Origin: an uncultured archaeon
GTDB taxonomy: Archaea; Hadarchaeota; Hadarchaeia; Hadarchaeales; Hadarchaeaceae
Direction: 5' to 3'
Length of the DNA stretch: 64,000 nucleotides
Assembly: GCA_937921735.1 (NCBI GenBank)
Contig: CAKZTQ010000011.1
Location: forward strand, 1-64,000
How positions within the stretch are numbered: position 1 is the stretch's first letter; each line of letters starts with the position of its first letter. The translations under genes and the position numbers were made by a program. The notes beneath the pieces are model-generated. The model did not search any database. It saw nothing but the letters and a program-made list of their open reading frames with translations, and was not told the origin of the DNA. Of this stretch, positions 56,303 to 64,000 are shown piece by piece.

Positions 56303-57655
56303 TCACGACAGCTTCCGAATGCACGCCCTGAGCTCTCGCATCCCTAACCTAGCGAGTTCCTCGGCTCGTCGGGCAACGCGGGCCTCGGCGAAGCATCTGA
56401 AGATGGGCTCGGTGCCGGAGGGGCGCAGGAGGAGCCAACCGTCCTCGAAGTCCACGCGGAGCCCGTCGGTGCGGTCGAGTTCGTAGCCCGAGAAGCGTTT
56501 TTCCAAGGCCTTCAGCACCCTCACCTTCAGCCTGTCAGGACATCCCACCTTGAGCTTTCGCTGGTGGTATTGGGGCAAAGTCTCGTCGAGCTCGGACATT
56601 TTCATCCCACTCGACGCGAGCATCTCCACCAGCTTCGCCGCGGTTAGGATGCCGTCGCGGCAGGGCGTCCAATCGAAGAACATCACGCCTCCGTTCTCCT
56701 CCCCGCCGATGTCGCCGCCGTGCCTTCTGAAGTACTCGACGATCGCCGGCTCCCCCACTTTCGTGCGCACCACCTCGCCATCAAGCCTCGCCGCGACGTC
56801 ATCGATCACCGAGCTCGTCGCCACCGTGGTCACTATCTTAGGCCCCTTCCGCTCGCGGAGGTGTTGGAGCGCCACGAGCGCGAACACGCGATCGCCAGTC
56901 AGCACCTCCCCTCTCTCGTTAACAGCTATCGTGCGGTCCGCGTCGCCGTCGTGAGCTATGCCTAAGTCCGCGCCGCAGGCGACGACCGCCTTTGCTAGCT
57001 CCTTTAGGTTCTCGGGCGAGGGCTCAGCGGGCCTACCGGGGAAGCGGCCGTCTAGCTGGCAGTTGAGCGAGATCACCTCACAGCCGAGCTTCGACAGCAG
57101 GGCTGGCGTGGCCACGCTGCCGGCGGCGTTGGCGCAATCGACCACGACCTTCAACCTCCGCTCGACCTTAGGAATGGTAGCTAGGATAGCTCGCAGGTAG
57201 GGCATAAGGGCATCCGCCGAGCGACAGCCGCCGATGCGATGCCAGGCCACGCGCCTCCATGCTTTAGCCGAGATGATCTCCTCGATCTCGAGCTCCCTGG
57301 ACCTTTCGAAGCCCGCTCCGTCGGAACCCCAGAACTTTATGCCGTTGTACTCCGGTGGGTTGTGCGAGGCGGTTATCATCACGCCAGCGTCGCAGCCGAG
57401 GTGCTTGATCGCAAACGAGAGCACCGGCGTGGGCACCATGCCAAGCTTCACGACGTCGCAGCCACCAGCCGTCAGACCGGCTACGACCGCATGCTCAAGC
57501 ATCTCACTCGACGTCCGGTTATCGTGACCTACCGCGACCACGCCTCGGTTTCGGAGATGGGTTGCCAGCGCAGCGCCCAGCTCAAAAGCCAGCTTGGGCG
57601 TGAGCTCGAGGTTAGAGACGCCGCGCACGCCAAAGGTGCCGAAGAGCTTTGGCAT
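56303..57655 (-). CDS. glmM: Phosphoglucosamine mutase / phosphohexomutase
   Basis: LFGTFGVRG, ITASHNP, DGDADR, GEENGG, RPSGTEP. Confidence 0.88.
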   Translation of the reverse strand: MPKLFGTFGVRGVSNLELTPKLAFELGAALATHLRNRGVVAVGHDNRTSSEMLEHAVVAGLTAGGCDVVKLGMVPTPVLSFAIKHLGCDAGVMITASHNPPEYNGIKFWGSDGAGFERSRELEIEEIISAKAWRRVAWHRIGGCRSADALMPYLRAILATIPKVERRLKVVVDCANAAGSVATPALLSKLGCEVISLNCQLDGRFPGRPAEPSPENLKELAKAVVACGADLGIAHDGDADRTIAVNERGEVLTGDRVFALVALQHLRERKGPKIVTTVATSSVIDDVAARLDGEVVRTKVGEPAIVEYFRRHGGDIGGEENGGVMFFDWTPCRDGILTAAKLVEMLASSGMKMSELDETLPQYHQRKLKVGCPDRLKVRVLKALEKRFSGYELDRTDGLRVDFEDGWLLLRPSGTEPIFRCFAEARVARRAEELARLGMRELRACIRKLS

Positions 57656-57715
57656 GGTCCTCGCGCAATGGTTGGCGGCGCACGTATTAAATCGTTGCAC
57701 GTCGAGTTTTAACTT

Positions 57716-57790
57716 GGGCCCGTGGCCTAGCCAGGATAAGGCGGCAGCCTTCTAAGCTGCAAATCGCGGGTTCGAATCCCGCCGGGCCCG
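57716..57790 (+). tRNA. tRNA-Arg(TCT)
   Basis: GGGCCCG/CGGGCCC acceptor stem, GCAGC-CTTCTAA-GCTGC, GTTCGAATC; CCA not encoded. Confidence 0.95.
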
Positions 57791-57855
57791 CTAGTTTTTA
57801 AGCGACTCCAAGCTAAATATCACGAGTCGCCGGGCATGGGTCAGAGGAAGATGAC

Positions 57856-59388
57856 ATGCCGGAGATCGAAGGTTACGCGAAGCGCTTTGTCAAAGGGAGC
57901 ACTGTGGTCCTGATTGCGCTGGTGGCATCAGGATTCATGGGTTTCCTTCTGCGCGTGCTCCTCGCGCGCTCGTTGGATGTGGCAGAATATGGACTGTTCT
58001 ATGCTGCTTTTTCCTTGGTTTCGATCTTTGGCATGTTTAGAGACTTGGGAGTCGGACAGGCGCTAGTGAAGCACATTCCCGAGTTTGCGATCAAGAAACA
58101 GTTTGGCGAGATTAAGTCTTCGATAAAAATCCTTGTCTTCCTCCAAGTCCTACTTACGTTCCCCATCGGTTTTTCCCTGTTTTTCCTGTCTGACCGGATT
58201 GCATTGACCGTTTTTGGGACAGCTGGTGCCTCAAATGTTATAAAAATCCTTGGAATATGGTTTTTTTCCATGACGTTTTTCTACACCTTCCAGCCCGCGC
58301 TTCAAGGGCTTCAAGATATGCCGATGTATGCATGCATAGAGTTTTGCAATATTTTTTTCGTCCTCCTCTTCGCCATTTTGCTTGTCGGTGTTCTACGATT
58401 GGGCCTAGGTGGCGTCGCATTTTCGTATTTGGCTAGCTCTTTTGCGCTAGCGATCCTGTGTTTGATCATCTTCTTAAAGAAATATCCCCACATTTTTACA
58501 GTAAAAGCTACCGTCTCTAAGCAGTTAACGTTAAAATTGCTTAAATTCGCTTTGCCGATTTTCCTTAGCGGTCTGGGGATATTTGTCCTAACTTATACAG
58601 ATACAATCATGATAGCGATATTTCGGACGATGGAAGAAGTCGGTTTCTACCAGGCCGCCCAGCCGGCTGCTCGCGCACTGTGGTACCTACCCATGGCTTT
58701 GACAGCGGTTCTTTTCCCGATGATTTCTGAGTTATGGGTGAAGCGCGAACAAAAGATCTTAGGCCAAACGTTGCACTTTACGATCAAATTTTCGATTATT
58801 TTGATAATGCTTCCGGCCCTTATCCTCATAGCTTTTCCTGAGATATTCATTCGCATATTTTTCGGCCCCTTATATCTGCCGGGATGTGTTACGCTCCAGA
58901 TTCTCGCAGGCGCGATGATAATTACGACACTTTACTCTGTATTTCAATATACTATGGCTGGAATTGGAAAGCCGATTGTGACAACAAAGGTCATGGCTGT
59001 TATCGCTTCGCTTAATGTAATCGCAAACCTAATTTTGATACCCCGTTACGGCATCGAGGGTGCGGCTACAGCAACCCTCGCGTCGCAGTTCGTGGGGCTC
59101 GTATTGATGCTCCGCTACGCGCTAAGAACAATTAAGTTTGCGATGCCGACGATATCTACACTCAAAACAGTGGTAGGAGGATTATTTTCCCTGCTGTTAA
59201 TCTTTGGGTTAAAGTCCGTTATTGAATTGCCTTCCTGGCTTGAACTTTTCGTGGTCATCATACCAAGTCTGTTCTTTTATGTAGCGTGGGTTCTTTTGGT
59301 GAGAGCCTTGACTTTAAATGACTTAGAACTATTAGAGAAAGTCGGCCTTCCGATGAAGAAGGTCATCAAATGGTTAAAAAGCCTTTAA
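57856..59388 (+). CDS. Oligosaccharide flippase (Wzx/MOP family)
   Basis: LARSL..EYG, DLGVG, DTIMI, VGFYQAA, LIPRYGIEGAA; about 14 TM segments. Confidence 0.9.
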   Translation: MPEIEGYAKRFVKGSTVVLIALVASGFMGFLLRVLLARSLDVAEYGLFYAAFSLVSIFGMFRDLGVGQALVKHIPEFAIKKQFGEIKSSIKILVFLQVLLTFPIGFSLFFLSDRIALTVFGTAGASNVIKILGIWFFSMTFFYTFQPALQGLQDMPMYACIEFCNIFFVLLFAILLVGVLRLGLGGVAFSYLASSFALAILCLIIFLKKYPHIFTVKATVSKQLTLKLLKFALPIFLSGLGIFVLTYTDTIMIAIFRTMEEVGFYQAAQPAARALWYLPMALTAVLFPMISELWVKREQKILGQTLHFTIKFSIILIMLPALILIAFPEIFIRIFFGPLYLPGCVTLQILAGAMIITTLYSVFQYTMAGIGKPIVTTKVMAVIASLNVIANLILIPRYGIEGAATATLASQFVGLVLMLRYALRTIKFAMPTISTLKTVVGGLFSLLLIFGLKSVIELPSWLELFVVIIPSLFFYVAWVLLVRALTLNDLELLEKVGLPMKKVIKWLKSL

Positions 59389-59430
59389 CACGTTTGATAA
59401 TCTAATTTCATAACTCCCTACTATTTTTAA

Positions 59431-60747
59431 ATGCTATCGCATATCTTATCCTTAGGGAAAAAATTGCAATTGCTTGATAAAATAAAAAACAAGCAATTCA
59501 CGATGGCGGTATTCGGATTAGGACGAGTTGGTTTACCGTTCTCTTTGATTTTTGCAGCGAGAAATGTAAAAGTGATCGGAGTAGATGTAGATGCCACTAT
59601 TGTGGAACGATTAAAAAAAGGTATTACTACAATTCGTGAAGCGGGTATAGAAGAACTTTTGAAAAAAGTCATGTCAGAACAAAAGTTTATAGTTACTGTC
59701 GACGCCAAGGGAGCCGTAGACGAAGCGGACGTTATAGTTGTAACGGTAGGTACTCCTCTAACGCACGACCTCAGGCCAGATTTTAGCCAGCTTCACCAAG
59801 CGTTAGAGATGATATCGAGCCGGTCGATAAGTGGGAAGTTGATTATACTTAGGAGCACGGTTCCGCCGAGGACCACCGAAGAAGTGGTGTGTAAGCTTCT
59901 GAAAGAAAGGACAGGCTTAGAAGTTGGACGAGATTTTTATTTGACTTACTGCCCCGAGAGAATTTTAGAGGGTAGAGCATTAGAAGAGTTGGAGACCCTT
60001 CCAGAGATCATAGGCGGCGTCGATTCGGCGAGCTCGATTATAGCAGCCGAGTTATTCAAAATAGTAAATCCTAAAAAGAGGACCATAATTACTTCTGCCA
60101 AAACGGCAGAATTGGCGAAACTTTTCTCGAACATATATAGGTATGTCAACTTTGCTTTGGCGAATCAATTCGCCTTGATAGCCGAGTATTATGGAGCAGA
60201 TGCATACGAAATCATAAAAGTAGCTAACCAAGATTACAAACGAGCTAATATTCCGATACCGGGCCCAAGCGGCGGCCCATGTTTATACAAAGATGGATAC
60301 ATGCTCAATTATACCCCATTCATTGACTTCATCAAATCGGCATGGCATTTAAACGAAAGCATACCTTTACATATGGTGAATCGAACAAAAGAAAAAGTTG
60401 GATGTTTATTCGGTTTAAAGGTCGCGTTGCTCGGTCTTGCCTTTAAGGCAGATGTCGATGATACTAGACAATCGCCGGCAGTTAAGTTGCTCAACGCGCT
60501 CAAGGCGGAGGGCTGCGAGGTCGCAGTACACGATCCATATATTGCTTCTGCTCCAATCGAATCGGTTCTTTCCAACGCAGATATTGTGATATTAGCCGTT
60601 AATCATTCGCAATTCAAGGACTTAACTTGCCAATACATCGCGAAGTTGGCCAAACCCAGAGCTTTGCTCGTGGATTGCTGGGGCTTCTTTGAGCCTGATA
60701 ATGTAAGAAAAGCTGGAATGAGGTATCTCGGCTTAGGTAGGGGATAA
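59431..60747 (+). CDS. Nucleotide-sugar 6-dehydrogenase (WecC/Ugd family)
   Basis: GLGRVGLP, VGTP, RSTVPP, CPER, GGPCL catalytic Cys, GLAFKADVDDTR. Confidence 0.9.
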   Translation: MLSHILSLGKKLQLLDKIKNKQFTMAVFGLGRVGLPFSLIFAARNVKVIGVDVDATIVERLKKGITTIREAGIEELLKKVMSEQKFIVTVDAKGAVDEADVIVVTVGTPLTHDLRPDFSQLHQALEMISSRSISGKLIILRSTVPPRTTEEVVCKLLKERTGLEVGRDFYLTYCPERILEGRALEELETLPEIIGGVDSASSIIAAELFKIVNPKKRTIITSAKTAELAKLFSNIYRYVNFALANQFALIAEYYGADAYEIIKVANQDYKRANIPIPGPSGGPCLYKDGYMLNYTPFIDFIKSAWHLNESIPLHMVNRTKEKVGCLFGLKVALLGLAFKADVDDTRQSPAVKLLNALKAEGCEVAVHDPYIASAPIESVLSNADIVILAVNHSQFKDLTCQYIAKLAKPRALLVDCWGFFEPDNVRKAGMRYLGLGRG

Positions 60748-60749
60748 TA

Positions 60750-61721
60750 GTGATCCTAGTTGCGGGTGGTGCGGGATTTATCGGCAGCCATCTCGTGGAC
60801 AAGCTCATAGAGGAAGGATACACGGTTCGAGTAGCAGATGACTTCAGCAAAGGCCGCCGGGAGAACATAGCGCATCATGAAGGGAAACCTAACTTCGAAG
60901 TGGTGCATGCAGATTTCACCGATTATAAAAATTGCGAGAAAGTAACAAAAGATGTTAACGTCATGTTTCTGTTGGCCAGCAAGATAGGGGGAATTGGCTA
61001 TTTTCACAGGTATCCGGCAGAGATCTTGGATGAAAACACCAAAATAGTATCGAATCTATTAAACGCAGCTCGGAAAACCGACATCGAAAGGGTCCTGTAC
61101 ATTTCCTCCAGCATGGTATTCGAAAGGACAAGAATATTCCCCACTCCAGAGCGAGCGCTAGAGGAAACCCCCGTACCTATGACCTCATATGGTTTTTCAA
61201 AGTTGGTCGGAGAATGGTTCTGTCGGGCTTTTTGGGAGGAATACGGTCTTAAGTATACCATTCTCCGCCCATTCAATTGCGTGGGGCCGAGAGAACATCC
61301 CGAAGAGGAACCAGGTATGGCTCACGTTATACCGGACTTAACGAAAAAAATCCTGCGAGGAGATTACCCCCTAGAGATATACGGCGATGGTCTGCAGACT
61401 AGATGTTTTACGAACGTCAAAGATGCCGTCCGGGCATTTGCCCTCGCCATGAGAGAAAAGAAGGCCGTGTGTGAGGATTTCAACATAGGTAATCCAGAGG
61501 AAACGCGGATAAAAGACCTAGCGGAGATGTTATGGAAAATATGCGGCAGAAGAGAACCTCTCAAATTAAAGCATTTGCCACCTTTTGAGCACGATGTGCA
61601 GAGAAGGGTCCCAGAGATCACGAAAGCTAGGAAAATATTGAAATGGGAACCACGCATACCGCTTAAAAAAACTCTCCAAGAATATGTTGAATGGTATAAG
61701 AGAGTTGTAGATAAAAATTAA
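60750..61721 (+). CDS. NAD-dependent epimerase/dehydratase
   Basis: GGAGFIGSH, SSS, YGFSK (YxxxK), RPFN..GP. Confidence 0.92.
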   Translation: MILVAGGAGFIGSHLVDKLIEEGYTVRVADDFSKGRRENIAHHEGKPNFEVVHADFTDYKNCEKVTKDVNVMFLLASKIGGIGYFHRYPAEILDENTKIVSNLLNAARKTDIERVLYISSSMVFERTRIFPTPERALEETPVPMTSYGFSKLVGEWFCRAFWEEYGLKYTILRPFNCVGPREHPEEEPGMAHVIPDLTKKILRGDYPLEIYGDGLQTRCFTNVKDAVRAFALAMREKKAVCEDFNIGNPEETRIKDLAEMLWKICGRREPLKLKHLPPFEHDVQRRVPEITKARKILKWEPRIPLKKTLQEYVEWYKRVVDKN

Positions 61722-61769
61722 AGCATAATCACAAAATTAGATCAAAATCAACAAATTTGGGGGAAGATC

Positions 61770-62765
61770 TTGAAAATTCTAGTCATTCCAGCACATGAAC
61801 CCATTGACGCAGAACTGATGACATGTTGGTTAGCTCTGGGTCATGAAGTATTTATTTATCCCGCAAATCGGTGGACATCAATCTTTGCCGAATTGCCCGC
61901 TGGCGTTAAAAATAAACTGGTAGTCCCAGACATTATATATTGTGGCGATCATTGGGATATTTTACGCGCGCTATTTCTAAAATATAGGTTAAACCCAAAA
62001 GCACCGATTTTCAACGTTCTCTGGTGGTTCCCTTCAAGAAGCCCCCTTTATTATTTCGCAAATAATGTTTCAGTGTGTGATTACGAAAAGAAATATCTGA
62101 AGGATCTCCTTGGTATCGATAGCCCTGTGATATACTGTCCTGTAAACACCGTTTTGTTTAGACCTGCCAAAAAATGGGAAAATAGAAAGATAGCAACGAT
62201 TATAGGAAATTACTTTAAGGAAAGGCCAATAATGGGGTGTGGTTACCTTCTTAAAATATTTGAGCGGGTTCATGAGCTAGACCCCGAAATCCGATTTCGG
62301 TTAATCGGGAATAACCCAAATTTATTATGTCCTCCCTATGTTGAAAAAATATTCTTAAAAAGAGAAGAAATGCCAAAATACATTAACGAGTCTTCCTGTG
62401 TCTTCTTTACGACCACGCGGAATTTGATACCTCATAGTTTGTTAATAAGCATGAGTTGCGGCAAAAATGTAATTGCTTTCGATTTGCCGTCTCTCCGTGA
62501 AGTGATCACCGACGGCGTAACTGGGCACTTAATCCCTCCATTCGATGTTGAAATGTTTGCCAAAAAAATCGTTGAAGTGGTAAACGACCCCCCAAGGAAA
62601 ATAGGGGGAAAAGCCAGAAAAGTGATTTTACACAAGTGCGAAAGGATGAAGATCGCAAAACAATTTATTGAAATTTTTGAAAAGGAGCGCAGTTATTTTC
62701 GGCATAATATCCGTATTGCTCTTCTTTTCCATTTCACCCGCTCGGCAAAAGTTTTTCCAATTTGA
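61770..62765 (+). CDS. GT-B fold glycosyltransferase (GT4-like, atypical)
   Basis: PVNTVLFRP, SMSCGKNVIAFDLPSLREVITDGVTG; EX7E motif absent. Confidence 0.7.
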   Translation: MKILVIPAHEPIDAELMTCWLALGHEVFIYPANRWTSIFAELPAGVKNKLVVPDIIYCGDHWDILRALFLKYRLNPKAPIFNVLWWFPSRSPLYYFANNVSVCDYEKKYLKDLLGIDSPVIYCPVNTVLFRPAKKWENRKIATIIGNYFKERPIMGCGYLLKIFERVHELDPEIRFRLIGNNPNLLCPPYVEKIFLKREEMPKYINESSCVFFTTTRNLIPHSLLISMSCGKNVIAFDLPSLREVITDGVTGHLIPPFDVEMFAKKIVEVVNDPPRKIGGKARKVILHKCERMKIAKQFIEIFEKERSYFRHNIRIALLFHFTRSAKVFPI

Positions 62766-63310
62766 CTAAAAATATCAAATAAAAATTTGATTTTTATCTT
62801 TTTAATTTCAAAGGCACAATATTGAACACCGAGTATCTTGAACCCTGATTTTTCAAATAAGTCTGAAAGGGATTCCTTAGTGAAAAACTGTTTGTGATCC
62901 GGGTCCGCATGAGCATTAGGATCCCATTTTGATGGAACTTCGGCGATAATTATGCCGTCTTTTTTTAAAACCCTAAAAAATTCCTTCACCGCTTCATGCG
63001 GATTTTCTAAATGTTCTAGAACGTGATGGCAAAAAATCCCGTCAAAGAGATTATCTTTGTAAGGCAAACTTCTAATATCACCGATTACTGTTATTTCATA
63101 TTTACTGGCAGTCTTTACCTCTTCAGGGTTACAGTCGATTCCATAAAGTTCCACTTGAGCAGGTTTAAATTTACCAAACCATCCAACCCCACAACCCGCA
63201 TCTAAGATTTTGTTACAATTATTCTTAATGAAAATCGACCAGTACTTTTGAATTTGATACTCCGATGGATGTTCCCTGTATATCCCTGACTCAGTTCGAA
63301 TTTTTGTCAA
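62693..63310 (-). CDS. Class I SAM-dependent methyltransferase
   Basis: ILDAGCGVG, GDIRSLPY..FD, HVLEHL, DPDH. Confidence 0.88.
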   Translation of the reverse strand: MTKIRTESGIYREHPSEYQIQKYWSIFIKNNCNKILDAGCGVGWFGKFKPAQVELYGIDCNPEEVKTASKYEITVIGDIRSLPYKDNLFDGIFCHHVLEHLENPHEAVKEFFRVLKKDGIIIAEVPSKWDPNAHADPDHKQFFTKESLSDLFEKSGFKILGVQYCAFEIKKIKIKFLFDIFSQIGKTFAERVKWKRRAIRILCRK

Positions 63311-63316
63311 GACAGA

Positions 63317-64000
63317 TCAGCCCTTGTTAAACTTTTCTACCATTTGGATAAATCTATCACACACCTTCGGCCAAGTGTAGGTGGCCTCTACATATTTCCT
63401 GCCCCTTTCGGCTAACTTTTGCCTTTTTTCCTCCTCGGAAAGCAAATTGCATATCTCACGCGCCGCCTCTGAAGCTTCTCTAAATAAAAATCCATGTTCC
63501 CCAACCACTTCCCGGTGGGCCGGGATGTCAGACACGACCGGGAAAGCTCCACACGCTAGCGCCTCGATGGGTACTATCCCAAACCCCTCAAATTCCGAGC
63601 ACGAGAGAAGGACCTTCGCCCGTTGCAGTATCCGGAGCTTCTCCTGTTCCGGGACGAACCCCATAAACTTTATACCTTCATCGCTGGCCAGCTTCATTAA
63701 CCTCTTTCTGTCTGGGCCATCCCCAACGATGACCAGCTTAACATCGGGCACCTTCTCCCTCACTCGCCTGAAAATCTCTATTGCCATGTCCACGCGCTTG
63801 TAGGATACGAGCCTACCCAAAACTACTATTGTTTGCTGTTTTTCTTTAGAATACCTATATTTCTCGATCTCTATCCCATTCCCAGTTACGAAAATCTTCT
63901 CCCTTGCGACGCCGTAACTTTTAACCAAGGGCTCGATGTTTTGCGCGGAAACGGTTTCGACGAGGTCCACATATCTCGGCAAATTGTTGTAGATCCACAC
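63317..64000 (-). CDS. GT4 glycosyltransferase (5' part beyond window)
   Basis: GRLVSYKR, VGDGP, EGFGIVPIEALACG. Confidence 0.9.
   Translation of the reverse strand: MWIYNNLPRYVDLVETVSAQNIEPLVKSYGVAREKIFVTGNGIEIEKYRYSKEKQQTIVVLGRLVSYKRVDMAIEIFRRVREKVPDVKLVIVGDGPDRKRLMKLASDEGIKFMGFVPEQEKLRILQRAKVLLSCSEFEGFGIVPIEALACGAFPVVSDIPAHREVVGEHGFLFREASEAAREICNLLSEEEKRQKLAERGRKYVEATYTWPKVCDRFIQMVEKFNKG

Noticed and set aside
36928-57793. Long direct repeat between the two tRNA-Arg genes read as attL/attR of a 21-kb element
   Set aside because: Both copies are complete tRNAs with different anticodons, the interval holds essential genes (ribosomal proteins, gatCAB, ftsY), and there is no integrase
1-64000. 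CRISPR arrays, transposases, integrases, rRNA genes
   Set aside because: No regularly spaced repeats or recognisable motifs seen by eye

Overview
Archaeal chromosomal segment, judged from aRF1, ABCE1, aIF6, eS17/eS19/eL31/eL39/eL20, Nep1, Rpp21, prefoldin alpha and a BHB tRNA intron. It looks like a euryarchaeal-type, probably thermophilic lineage such as Hadarchaeia, but the taxon is an unverified impression. Most of the window is housekeeping: valS, metG, proS, hisS, gatCAB, pyrH, CoA and NAD salvage genes, SAH/SIH recycling, inositol-lipid synthesis and a ribosome-biogenesis operon. Accessory parts are a Ku + ATP-dependent ligase (NHEJ) pair at the left edge, a tRNA cluster with interleaved cargo genes (36.9-41.1 kb) ending in a degenerate mini-island at tRNA-Gly, and an AT-richer glycan-biosynthesis island after tRNA-Arg(TCT). 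Reading the sequence directly gave several features missing from the ORF track: five tRNAs, a double-guide box C/D sRNA, a ferredoxin, eL39, a FYVE-like 8-Cys micro-protein and a 7-Cys micro-protein. The most notable observations are an AglB/STT3-like transferase with intact catalytic motifs but WWDYG changed to QWSYG, archaeal Ku-ligase, a tRNA-Gly with C33, a shell-less encapsulated-ferritin homologue, an archaemetzincin-like pseudo-protease and a PadR operator candidate in the inositol cluster. All assignments come from motif recognition by eye; no database searches were run.
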